Notes: a model not told the origin generated them from the sequence alone. DNA of 52,117 nucleotides from an uncultured Bacillota bacterium (GCA_937907585.1 CALCVH010000063.1:1-52117); one strand, 5' to 3'. Positions 26,506-35,580 are shown, counted from the stretch's first letter. Made by a program: numbers and translations.

Positions 26506-27852
26506 ATGTTTAAAAGAAAAGTTTATGAAGAAATGTTAAAGTGGAAAAACACTAAAGATCATAAACCATTAATAATTAAAGGTTTAAGGCAAATAGGAAA
26601 GACAACAATAGCAAGAGAATTTGGTAAAAATAATTATAAATCAGTTATTCTTCTAGATTTTAGAAAAGAAATTAGTTTATATGCAATATTTGATGGTGAT
26701 TTTGATATTGACCAAATTACTTTTGAAATTACACTGAGAAAGAAAGATGCAAAATTAATACCAAATGATACGCTCTTCATTTTTGATGAGATTCAAGATT
26801 GTCCAAACGCAAGATCATCGTTAAAATATTTTTATGAAGATGGTAGATACGATGTTATAGCCACAGGTTCTTTAATGGGAATAAAGAATTTTAGAGTTAC
26901 TAAGAAGCCATCTAGAGGTATTCCTGTTGGGTTCGAAGATTATTTAGATATGAAACCAATGGACTTTGTGGAATTCTTATGGGCAAATAATATTAGTGAA
27001 AACATAATAAATATGATAAAAATAAATATAAATGATTTGAAACCTATTCAACCTTTTGTTCATAATGAAATGTTAAATCTGTTTAATAAATATATATGTA
27101 TTGGTGGAATGCCAGAAGTTGTTGCCAAGTACATTGAAACAAATGATTTTAATGAAGTAAGAAGAGTTCAAAGAAGAATAATAACTGATTATGAAGCTGA
27201 TTTTGGAACACATTTAAATGATAATAATGAAATAATTGTTGATGAATATGCTAAAGCAAAAATACTAGAAATATTTCATTCTATTCCAAGGCAATTAGCA
27301 AAAGAAAATCAAAAATTTCAATATTCGACAATATCCAAGAATGCTAAAGGCAGAGATTATAAAACTTCCATTGAGTGGTTAGAAGATTATGGTTTAATAT
27401 CACTATGTCGAAATTTGTCTACACCCGAAATACCATTTGATGAATTTGCTATAGATGATATTTTTAAAATATATGTCAATGATACTGGTTTATATATTGC
27501 AATGTTAGATGATGATATCCCATCAGATATAATTAATGGAAAAATGGGAAATGGAAAAGGCGCTATTTATGAAAATATAGTTGCTGATGCATTTTCAAAA
27601 AATAATTATAAATTATATTATTTTCATAAAGATTCTGGCCTTGAAATAGATTTTATACAAAAGTTTAAATCTAAGCCATGCCTTATTGAAGTTAAAGCAA
27701 AAACTGGACGAACAAAATCAGCATCGGTTGTATTAAATAATTATGAAAAATATCACGTTGACCAATTGATAAAATTTAGTTCAAATAATATTGGATATAA
27801 TGATGGTTTATATACTTTTCCATATTATGCTGTTTCATTTTTAATGAAATAA
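26506..27852 (+). CDS. AAA+ ATPase with DUF4143 domain (paralog of 21045-22400)
   Basis: Walker A 'GLRQIGKT', Walker B 'LFIFDEIQ', C-terminal 'LEIDFIQK...CLIEVKAKTG'. Confidence 0.85.
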   Translation: MFKRKVYEEMLKWKNTKDHKPLIIKGLRQIGKTTIAREFGKNNYKSVILLDFRKEISLYAIFDGDFDIDQITFEITLRKKDAKLIPNDTLFIFDEIQDCPNARSSLKYFYEDGRYDVIATGSLMGIKNFRVTKKPSRGIPVGFEDYLDMKPMDFVEFLWANNISENIINMIKININDLKPIQPFVHNEMLNLFNKYICIGGMPEVVAKYIETNDFNEVRRVQRRIITDYEADFGTHLNDNNEIIVDEYAKAKILEIFHSIPRQLAKENQKFQYSTISKNAKGRDYKTSIEWLEDYGLISLCRNLSTPEIPFDEFAIDDIFKIYVNDTGLYIAMLDDDIPSDIINGKMGNGKGAIYENIVADAFSKNNYKLYYFHKDSGLEIDFIQKFKSKPCLIEVKAKTGRTKSASVVLNNYEKYHVDQLIKFSSNNIGYNDGLYTFPYYAVSFLMK

Positions 27853-27896
27853 GATAATTAAGGGTTTAGATATTAATTATTCTGGAGTTATAATTG

Positions 27897-27950
27897 AAAA
27901 TGCACCAACAATGAAAAGAAAACTGGAAACTGGAAAATCGTTTATTAATA
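27897..27950 (+). pseudogene. possible 3'-terminal relic of an AlbA_2/HTH paralog
   Basis: Translates to '..NNEKKTGNWKIVY*'. Compare the C-terminus 'GSNKTGSWKILYK*' of 24206-25561. The DNA 'aaaactggaaactggaaaat' versus 'aaaactggaagctggaaaat' (near 25530). Only ~17 codons are open. Confidence 0.3.
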
Positions 27951-28093
27951 TATAGGATATAAACTATTAATAACGTTTAGCGATGATGAAGTGTTGATTA
28001 GCACATTATGATTTAATTAGATTAACTTCAAAAAATAAGTATCCATTTAAATAAAATATGTTATAATTTTCTAGGCTAAAAAAGCTAGAAAAT

Positions 28094-29395
28094 ATGATGA
28101 CGTTAATTATTTCAATTATTTCTTTTATTCTTTTAACATTATCAATCATTTTCATAAAAGAAATAAATATTAAAAATATAAAAATTAGTACCTATTGGAT
28201 AGTGTCTCTAATCGGTGCTTTTTTACTGATTATTACTAAATGTATTCCACTTGATATATTAAAAGATGATCTATTTTCATCTAGCGCTATAAACCCTTTT
28301 AAAATACTGATATTATTCTTTTCTATGACATTCTTATCAGTGTTTTTAGATGAATTAGGTTTATTTAAACATTTAGCTATAGTGTTTATAAATAAAGCTA
28401 AGACAAGCAAAATAGCTTTATTTATAATAATATATTTATTTAGTTCTATATTAACTGTATTCACATCAAATGATATAGTTATACTAACATTAACGCCATT
28501 TGTATGTTTCTTCTGTATTCATGCGTCTATTTCACCTATTCCTTATTTAGTATCGTTATTTGTCGCAAGCAATACATATTCAATGGCGTTAATTATAGGT
28601 AACCCTACTAATATATATTTAGGTACTATGGCTGGTATTGATTTTATCAGTTATTTTAAAGTGATGATTATTCCTACAATTGTGTCTGGATTAGTTGAAT
28701 TTTTTATTCTATTTTTGATATTTAGGAATCAACTAAAAGGAAGAATTGAGCCATCAAATGATAAATATGATATTGATGATAAAGCTGATATGATAGTAGG
28801 ATTAATTCATTTAATAATCTGTTTAATCATGTTAATCATATCTAGCTATATAAAAATAGAAATGTATTTAGTATCTTTTGTGTCAGCTTTATCATTATTA
28901 ATATATATAATAATTAAACGAATAGTCACAAGAAAAGAACCAGTATATTTAAAGGCGACTGTAAAAAGACTTCCTTGGGCGCTTATTCCTTTTGTATTAT
29001 CTATGTTCGTAATTGTAAGTGCGTTAAACTATAATGATTCATTATCTTTCTTTAGTGAGTTTTTAAATAGTTTAAATGTTATATATAGTTATGGTATATC
29101 ATCATTCTTTATGTCTAATATCATAAACAACATACCCATGAGCATGCTTTATAGTAATCTTACTTTATCTTTAAGTGAAACTTCATATTTGAAAGGAGTA
29201 TATAGTTCAATCATTGGAAGTAATATTGGAGCGTTCTTGACTCCTATCGGTGCTTTAGCTGGTATAATGTTTACTAATTTAACTAATAAATATGAAGTTA
29301 ATTATGGTTATAAAGAATTTATTAAGTATGGACTTATTGTAAGTATTCCTGTATTAATTGTATGTTTGCTTACTTTATCTTTTATTTTAAGTTAA
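28094..29395 (+). CDS. ArsB/NhaD superfamily (CitMHS-like) anion permease
   Basis: 433 aa with about 11-12 hydrophobic segments. 'LIIGNPTNIYLG' motif. Confidence 0.7.
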   Translation: MMTLIISIISFILLTLSIIFIKEINIKNIKISTYWIVSLIGAFLLIITKCIPLDILKDDLFSSSAINPFKILILFFSMTFLSVFLDELGLFKHLAIVFINKAKTSKIALFIIIYLFSSILTVFTSNDIVILTLTPFVCFFCIHASISPIPYLVSLFVASNTYSMALIIGNPTNIYLGTMAGIDFISYFKVMIIPTIVSGLVEFFILFLIFRNQLKGRIEPSNDKYDIDDKADMIVGLIHLIICLIMLIISSYIKIEMYLVSFVSALSLLIYIIIKRIVTRKEPVYLKATVKRLPWALIPFVLSMFVIVSALNYNDSLSFFSEFLNSLNVIYSYGISSFFMSNIINNIPMSMLYSNLTLSLSETSYLKGVYSSIIGSNIGAFLTPIGALAGIMFTNLTNKYEVNYGYKEFIKYGLIVSIPVLIVCLLTLSFILS

Positions 29396-29426
29396 AATTA
29401 TATATATAAATAAAGAAGGAGAAAAG

Positions 29427-30458
29427 ATGAAAAAGTTTATTGTATTTATTATTACATTCATTCTAGTAGTGTCTGTAAGTGGATGTAAGAATAAAAAAGA
29501 AGATGAGAGCTTTAAATATTGGAATGAATCCAAATCATTAACAGCTTTAACTCAATATGTTAAAGATGTTACAGATGAAAAATCTGATCACTTTATCCCT
29601 GTAGAGGATAGAGTAGCTGTATTTGATATGGATGGTACGCTATGTGGAGAATTATTCCCTACATATATTGAATACTTATTACTTGAATATAGAGTACTAG
29701 ACGATTCTAGTTATACATGTACTGATGAAGATACAATCGCTACTGCGAATCTAATTAGAGAAACAGGAAGAGGATCATTCCCAAGCGATATGGCTTTAAG
29801 ACATGCTTATGCACAAGCTAAAGCATTTGAAGGTATGGAAATAAATGAATTCCAAAACTATGTAAAGAACTTCTTAAAAAGAAGTGCTGCAGGATTTAAT
29901 AATCTAACATACGCTAAATCTTTCTATTTACCAATGTTAGAAGTTCTATCTTTCTTACAATCAAATAGTTTTATTACTTATATTGTAAGTGGCTCTGATA
30001 GATATATCTGTCGTGCAGCAGCGTGTGAAATCACTAATGTACCAGCTAATCAAGTAATTGGTATGGATGTTAAATTAGAAGCTACAAATCAAGGTGAAAC
30101 TGATGGATTAGATTATCAGTTTAAAGATAATGATGTAATACTTAGAACTGATGAATTATTAATTAAGAATTTAAAGATGAATAAAGTGTTCCAAATCGCT
30201 CAAGAAATAGGAAAACAACCTGTATTAGCGTTTGGTAATAGTAGTGGTGATTTAAGTATGGAATTATATACTATCACCAATAATAAATATCAAAGTTTAG
30301 CTTTTATGTTGATTGCGGATGATGAGACTAGAGATTATGGAAATACTGAAAAAGCTAATAAACTAAAAGAAAACTGGGAAGGTTATGGATTTAATGTTAT
30401 ATCTATGAAAGATGATTTCAAGACTATTTATGGATATGACGTTACTAAGACAGAATAA
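29427..30458 (+). CDS. secreted lipoprotein, HAD-superfamily phosphatase-like
   Basis: Lipobox 'VSVSGC'. HAD motif I 'VAVFDMDGTL'. Late 'FGNSSGD' motif. Confidence 0.75.
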   Translation: MKKFIVFIITFILVVSVSGCKNKKEDESFKYWNESKSLTALTQYVKDVTDEKSDHFIPVEDRVAVFDMDGTLCGELFPTYIEYLLLEYRVLDDSSYTCTDEDTIATANLIRETGRGSFPSDMALRHAYAQAKAFEGMEINEFQNYVKNFLKRSAAGFNNLTYAKSFYLPMLEVLSFLQSNSFITYIVSGSDRYICRAAACEITNVPANQVIGMDVKLEATNQGETDGLDYQFKDNDVILRTDELLIKNLKMNKVFQIAQEIGKQPVLAFGNSSGDLSMELYTITNNKYQSLAFMLIADDETRDYGNTEKANKLKENWEGYGFNVISMKDDFKTIYGYDVTKTE

Positions 30459-30538
30459 TCATAATCATAAATAATATAAAGATTTAGATGATATACATTA
30501 ATACTGTACGTCATCTATTTTTTGTTATGTTGATTATA

Positions 30539-30599
30539 AACTTGTTTATGAACTGGTTAATATATAAGTGTTGAACTTATTTATGAACTAGTATATAAT
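30539..30599 (+). promoter_or_regulatory. duplicated 19-bp box plus promoter upstream of the HTH-DUF3990 gene
   Basis: AACTTGTTTATGAACTGGT (30539-30557) and AACTTATTTATGAACTAGT (30574-30592). TTGAAC 30571-30576, 17-nt spacer, TATAAT 30594-30599. Confidence 0.65.
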
Positions 30600-30630
30600 A
30601 TAGTTGTCTAAAAGGAGTTAACTATTTAAT

Positions 30631-31485
30631 ATGAATGTCAGCAAGGAAGTTCAATTATTGTGTAACGTGTTAAATCTAACAGAAACAGAACTAGGTTACG
30701 AACTAGGTGTTACATATGAAACTGTGAATAATTGGAAACATAATCGAAAAACTATAGATGAATCAAATCTAGAAAAATTATATTCCTATGCATATAGTAA
30801 AGGCATTAAATTCAATAATATTTATGAACAATTGCTTAAAGAAAATAATATTAGTGATAAAAATGTTGTATTATTTCATGGAGCAAAAAAAGCTTTTAGT
30901 ATGCCTATTGATATAGATAAATATTCAAAATCAAATAATGATTTTGGAAAAGGATTCTATTTAGGTGAAAGATATGAACAGGCAGCAAATTATATTTCAA
31001 ATATTAATAATGATAAAGTTTATGCATTTAAACTTAATACTAAAAACTTAAAGTTCTTTAAATTTAATGTCGATAATAGTTGGATGATAGCGATAACGTA
31101 TTATAGAGGCTGGCTTAAGGATTATGAGGATCATAAAGTTGTTAGAAAGGTATTAGATTCTATTAAAGATGCGGATGTGATTATCGCTCCAATCGCTGAT
31201 AATAGAATGTTTGATATAATAAATGAATTCATTGAAAACTTTATAACTGATGAACAATGTAGACACGCTTTAGCAGCGACAAACTTAGGTTATCAGTATG
31301 TATTAAAAACAAAAAAGGCAGTAGATTCTATCACATATTTACAAGAGATGTTTGTTTGTAAAAAAGAAAAGGAACATTGGATCGATGAGAGACTTTCTTT
31401 AGCGAAAACAGGACTTCAAAAAGTAAAAATGGCGAGGATAGAATATAAAAATAAAGGTCGTTATATCGAGGAAATACTAAAATGA
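30631..31485 (+). CDS. HTH (XRE-like) + DUF3990 domain protein
   Basis: N-terminal 'LTETELGYELGVTYETVNNWKHNRK'. DUF3990-like blocks 'VVLFHGAKK', 'DFGKGFYLGERYEQAANY' and 'ADVIIAPIADNRMF'. Confidence 0.75.
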   Translation: MNVSKEVQLLCNVLNLTETELGYELGVTYETVNNWKHNRKTIDESNLEKLYSYAYSKGIKFNNIYEQLLKENNISDKNVVLFHGAKKAFSMPIDIDKYSKSNNDFGKGFYLGERYEQAANYISNINNDKVYAFKLNTKNLKFFKFNVDNSWMIAITYYRGWLKDYEDHKVVRKVLDSIKDADVIIAPIADNRMFDIINEFIENFITDEQCRHALAATNLGYQYVLKTKKAVDSITYLQEMFVCKKEKEHWIDERLSLAKTGLQKVKMARIEYKNKGRYIEEILK

Positions 31486-32288
31486 AACCATTAGATTCAT
31501 TTGAAATAAAATTATGTCAGATGCAGGGAAGGATCTTTGAAGAATCCGTAAAAAGAACAAATTATAGTTCTCCTATTTTTATTAGGAGATTTATGTTTTC
31601 AAAAATTGCTAAATCATTTGATGATAAAAGCTATTTATTTCAATCTATTACTCCTGATGAAACATATGATTTATTAGATGAGGAATTTGGAAAGAGCGAA
31701 TATGGAAAAACAAAATACTCAGAAGATCAAATGTTTTGGATAGGTTATATTTATAGATGCATCTCTATTAAATACAATTTAGCTAGTAAAGTTGTATATA
31801 ACTTATTTAACGCAAGAGAAATAGTGAAATATTACAATATTGGTCATACTTTTGATATCGTTCAAGCAGCTGAAAGAATGATGGAAAATATTAATTATGA
31901 ATTTAATATTGAAGAGAAAAGCCTTAATTATATGCGAGAGTTAATGATTCTTGAAGGCGATGCGTTTTTGATAGGTGAAGAAATAACAGTATGTATCACT
32001 ATTCCATTTGGACATAAACATAATGGAATAACATATGAGTTAAACTATGGTTATATAAAAGAATTTAAATCTAGAAATGGAAATATATTATATGCGTATG
32101 TCTTAGGTGTAAAAGAACCAGTTGAAACTTTTAAAGGCAAAATAATAGCTATAATTCATAGACTCAATGATTGCGAAGACAAACTAATAGTCTCTGATAT
32201 AAATAAAGATTATACAAATAAAGAAATAGAAGATATGGTTAAATTCCAAGAAGTAAATTTCAAACATAAAATAATAAGACAAAATTAG
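31482..32288 (+). CDS. DUF3791-like domain fused to a small inorganic-pyrophosphatase-like domain
   Basis: ATGA overlap with the upstream gene. 'MFWIGYIYRCISIKYNLASKVVYNLFNAREIVKYYNIGHTFDIV' is DUF3791-like. The C-terminal 'NYGYIKEF..NGNILYAYVLGVKEPVETFKGKIIAIIHRLNDCEDKLIVS' is PPase-fold-like. Confidence 0.6.
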   Translation: MKPLDSFEIKLCQMQGRIFEESVKRTNYSSPIFIRRFMFSKIAKSFDDKSYLFQSITPDETYDLLDEEFGKSEYGKTKYSEDQMFWIGYIYRCISIKYNLASKVVYNLFNAREIVKYYNIGHTFDIVQAAERMMENINYEFNIEEKSLNYMRELMILEGDAFLIGEEITVCITIPFGHKHNGITYELNYGYIKEFKSRNGNILYAYVLGVKEPVETFKGKIIAIIHRLNDCEDKLIVSDINKDYTNKEIEDMVKFQEVNFKHKIIRQN

Positions 32289-32369
32289 AACACATCAATC
32301 TATTAAAAATCTAATTAAATTTACTTGGTGACTTACGCTAAAATTATAATAAAAAGAAAGGAAAAATAT

Positions 32370-33617
32370 ATGGCTAATTCACATTATGTTCCAAGGTTAA
32401 CATTAAGAAAATTTGCTGATAAACTTTGCCTTTTTAATGTTCGCACAGGTGAATATAAAGAAAATATAAAAATAGATGATTCTTTTTCAGTACAAAATTT
32501 TTATTCTAAAGAGGTCGAAGATAAATTAAACAAAAGGATTGAATCACAATTTGGAAATCTATTTTCAAATAAATTGTTAAATGCAGAAAACACGATAGAA
32601 TTAAATAGGAATGAACTTAATTTAATCAAAAAATTTTTGTTAATATCTGTTATTAGAAGCATGGGAAATGAAGAGTTCATGCAAATTGAAAGGAAATTTT
32701 ATGATAATCTAAAAGAATACAGTCTTAAATTTGCAAGAGAAAAAGGGTTGACTGAAGAAGAAATTAATTCACACCCTATAGAGCCACCATTTAAAGAAAA
32801 AATAATCAATGGTGAAACGCCTTTTGATTATTGGATGAGGACATTAAATGTTATTTTAGATACCGATGGAACTCCTCAGGCAATACTTGATCATCCATAT
32901 AAGACATATCCAGCACATAGGTGGGCTGAAGTTATAAATAACGGCTATGTTGCGTTCTGGGATTCTGAATTTATTCATGATGAATATGTTATAACTGATA
33001 TAGGAATGACGTCAGAAAATGAAAAAGGATGGAATGGAACGACTGTTCATAATGTGAAAAAGACTAACTTTTTATTAGATATCCTTAAAAAGGAAAAAGA
33101 CGAATCTTATAGAATGGAGATAGTTAAATATATGCATATGCATTATAATTTTAGTGAAAACTTTATGATGTTTCCAATATCTTCAAAGCGAATGATAGTG
33201 GAAATTGATCCGTTCTATAAGTTTAGATTTTTTGCAAGAAACCGTTATAATATGCCTGATTTAGATCATTTAACTAACCTTTCAAATGAAACCCTATTTT
33301 ATCCAAATACAAATAAATTTATTTTGCCTCAAGAGGGATTAATGCCAAAATATCACCCTGATGATTTATATATTTATGAAATTAAAAAGCTAACTAGTAA
33401 GGAAACAAGGTATTGTAATGAATTGTTTTTGGATAGAATAAACACTTGGGTTGGATTTAGTTCCTTGAATAAGGTTGTCGGTAGCATTTTTGCATATAAA
33501 AGAGTTAATTCATATCCGTTTGTTCCAAGGGTTGATTATACTGAATTGTATAAAATAATAAATGAACGATATGGCGCAAGCATTGATATAAAATCTATAG
33601 GAGGTTTTAGACGATGA
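32370..33617 (+). CDS. DUF4238 domain protein
   Basis: Start trimmed to ATG 32370 (AAAGGAAA RBS). N-terminal 'SHYVPRLTLRKFAD' plus 'NFYSKEVEDKLNKRIESQF' match the DUF4238 hallmark. Confidence 0.8.
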   Translation: MANSHYVPRLTLRKFADKLCLFNVRTGEYKENIKIDDSFSVQNFYSKEVEDKLNKRIESQFGNLFSNKLLNAENTIELNRNELNLIKKFLLISVIRSMGNEEFMQIERKFYDNLKEYSLKFAREKGLTEEEINSHPIEPPFKEKIINGETPFDYWMRTLNVILDTDGTPQAILDHPYKTYPAHRWAEVINNGYVAFWDSEFIHDEYVITDIGMTSENEKGWNGTTVHNVKKTNFLLDILKKEKDESYRMEIVKYMHMHYNFSENFMMFPISSKRMIVEIDPFYKFRFFARNRYNMPDLDHLTNLSNETLFYPNTNKFILPQEGLMPKYHPDDLYIYEIKKLTSKETRYCNELFLDRINTWVGFSSLNKVVGSIFAYKRVNSYPFVPRVDYTELYKIINERYGASIDIKSIGGFRR

Positions 33618-34423
33618 AATTATTTAATGATTCACTATCAACGAGATTTAATACTCTTGAAAGAAACATAAAATCAAAGAGCAATTCTTTTTATGATTCC
33701 TATCTCGATCTTTTAGAAGCTACAATTAAGTATTTTTTAGATGAAAATAACATAACATATGATGATTCTAGAACATGCGGTTTTCTTGTTAAAGAAGAAT
33801 CAATTAAGAATTTCTTGATGAATGTACTTAAGTTAGATGATTATACATATAACAAACTTCCCGATTATATCAAGAAATGCAATGACCATAAACACAAGAA
33901 AGAGAAAACGCTAGGAATAGATAGTGTTATCAACTATTTAAAAGTTTATTATGATTTGATTAATTATTATATTGTCTTTATAAAAGGGATAAAGATTGAA
34001 TATAACGTAGAATATTTCACTTCTATATTTGGCGAAACTGAAAGATTAAATAATGAATATAGAGAAGAGGTTTTAAGATTAAAAGATGAGCTAAAGGAAT
34101 CTTACGATAATAATAAGTTATCTAAACAGGATATAGAACAATATAAATCTTTATTATCTATCAAAGATATTGAACTATTAAATCTTGATGAACAGAATCA
34201 AAAATTACAAGCACAGATCAGCATTTTAAAAGATATCAAATTAAATTCTATGGAAGAAAAACTAAATAAGACTATTGATATGCTTAACAACATGCAAGAT
34301 TATTTAGTAGAAAATAGAATCATTGCTAGAAGAACATCAAAATTAATTGATGGTAGAGATATAACTGATGAAGAACTAGCAGCTGAAAGATTAAAGTTGG
34401 AGGCAATTAAAAATGGAAAATAA
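33614..34423 (+). CDS. hypothetical protein, helical N-domain + long coiled coil
   Basis: ATGA start/stop overlap with the DUF4238 gene. GGAGG RBS. Heptad-rich stretch 'LRLKDELKESYDNNKLSKQDIEQYKSLLSIKDIELLNLDEQNQKLQAQISILKDIKLNSMEEKLNKTIDMLNNMQDYL'. Confidence 0.7.
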   Translation: MKLFNDSLSTRFNTLERNIKSKSNSFYDSYLDLLEATIKYFLDENNITYDDSRTCGFLVKEESIKNFLMNVLKLDDYTYNKLPDYIKKCNDHKHKKEKTLGIDSVINYLKVYYDLINYYIVFIKGIKIEYNVEYFTSIFGETERLNNEYREEVLRLKDELKESYDNNKLSKQDIEQYKSLLSIKDIELLNLDEQNQKLQAQISILKDIKLNSMEEKLNKTIDMLNNMQDYLVENRIIARRTSKLIDGRDITDEELAAERLKLEAIKNGK

Positions 34424-35225
34424 ACCTCAAAATGTATTTGAAAAATTAGATTCTATTGAAGCGTCACAATCAGTAACAAATGCTCAAAACGGACAAATAC
34501 TGGATTTGTTAAATAAAATTAGTAGCCAACAAACAGTAGTACAAAAAAATGAAACCGGTCCAAAAACACAGTCTCCACTATCAAATCAATTTTTATTAAG
34601 AAGTTTTATTAGGAAATCAAAAAAGGAATATATTTGGTTTGGAACAATCGATGAATTTAATAAATCCAAAACGATTGTAAATATATTATGCGTTTCATTA
34701 ATAATAGTTGGAATTCTATCTACTATATTTACTAGTATTGCATTTAAAATGTATTCAACATTTTCTTTATTTGAAAACATCTGGTTAATATTTGCATGCA
34801 TTTTATTCTCGCATTCTGTTTACGCAAAAAAGAGGATGCTCGACACAGATTTAAGAGATCACTCTAATAGCGTCTTCGTTCAAGATGATGATGGTGTGTG
34901 GAATGATACTGGTAAAGAAAAGAAGAGATTTAAGTGGTTTAGAAGAATATCGTATATTGCAGTTGTATGTAATATAATTGTTATTTGGATTGAATCTAAA
35001 GGAGCAATAGCGATTTTAGCTACAATATTTGAACTAGCTTTTGCAGGAATCACAATTGGTATATTGTTTACATATATTAATCTATTCTGTATGTACAACA
35101 GCTTCATTTTATTTACTGGAAGAAATGCATCAAATACCGAAACTGTAACTCTTATATTTGATGTGATAGGTAAGAAGCTTGCACCTTTAGAAGAATATAA
35201 AGAAAAAATGAAAGATTATTTATAA
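34413..35225 (+). CDS. hypothetical integral membrane protein (4-5 TM) with soluble N-terminal ~95 aa
   Basis: 11-nt overlap with the upstream gene. GGAGG RBS. TM segments 'IVNILCVSLIIVGILSTIFTSIAF', 'IWLIFACILFSHSVYA', 'ISYIAVVCNIIVIWI' and 'AIAILATIFELAFAGITIGILFTYINLFCMY'. Confidence 0.7.
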   Translation: MENKPQNVFEKLDSIEASQSVTNAQNGQILDLLNKISSQQTVVQKNETGPKTQSPLSNQFLLRSFIRKSKKEYIWFGTIDEFNKSKTIVNILCVSLIIVGILSTIFTSIAFKMYSTFSLFENIWLIFACILFSHSVYAKKRMLDTDLRDHSNSVFVQDDDGVWNDTGKEKKRFKWFRRISYIAVVCNIIVIWIESKGAIAILATIFELAFAGITIGILFTYINLFCMYNSFILFTGRNASNTETVTLIFDVIGKKLAPLEEYKEKMKDYL

Positions 35226-35255
35226 ATATATTGAATATTTTGTTACAAGAACAGG

Positions 35256-35286
35256 GCTGAATTCGTGGAAATTCGGCTCTTTTTTT
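35256..35286 (+). terminator. intrinsic terminator of the DUF4238 operon
   Basis: GCTGAATT (35256-35263) / AATTCGGC (35270-35277), an 8-bp stem with one G-U pair, followed by TCTTTTTTT. Confidence 0.75.
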
Positions 35287-35294
35287 GATATAAT
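35286..35294 (+). promoter_or_regulatory. extended -10 element (TGATATAAT) for the small HTH gene
   Basis: TGnTATAAT match at 35286-35294, about 60 nt upstream of ATG 35356. Confidence 0.5.
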
Positions 35295-35355
35295 ATAAGC
35301 GTGTCAGAAGAATACTCTGGAGCATTGGTAGAAAAATACCTTCGCAAAGGAGGTA

Positions 35356-35580
35356 TTGCATATGACACAAGTAGATGAAAGACTAGCTAAGGTTGGTCAA
35401 AATCTTAAAAAATTTATTTCTGAATCTAAGTATAAAACACAGGTTTCTTTCGCTTTGGACGGAATGGGTCAAGACCCTTCAGTAATCCGTAGATGGATTA
35501 AACATGGTGTTAATAAATTAGATACTTTAATGTATATAGCTGAGGTTTTGGAAATAGATTTTATGGAACTTCTTAAGTAG
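35356..35580 (+). CDS. small HTH (XRE-like) DNA-binding protein
   Basis: 74 aa. AAAGGAGG RBS. The helix-turn-helix-like stretch 'YKTQVSFALDGMGQDPSVIRRWIKHG' and the 'LMYIAEVLEIDFMELL' tail are typical of XRE proteins. Confidence 0.7.
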   Translation: MHMTQVDERLAKVGQNLKKFISESKYKTQVSFALDGMGQDPSVIRRWIKHGVNKLDTLMYIAEVLEIDFMELLK

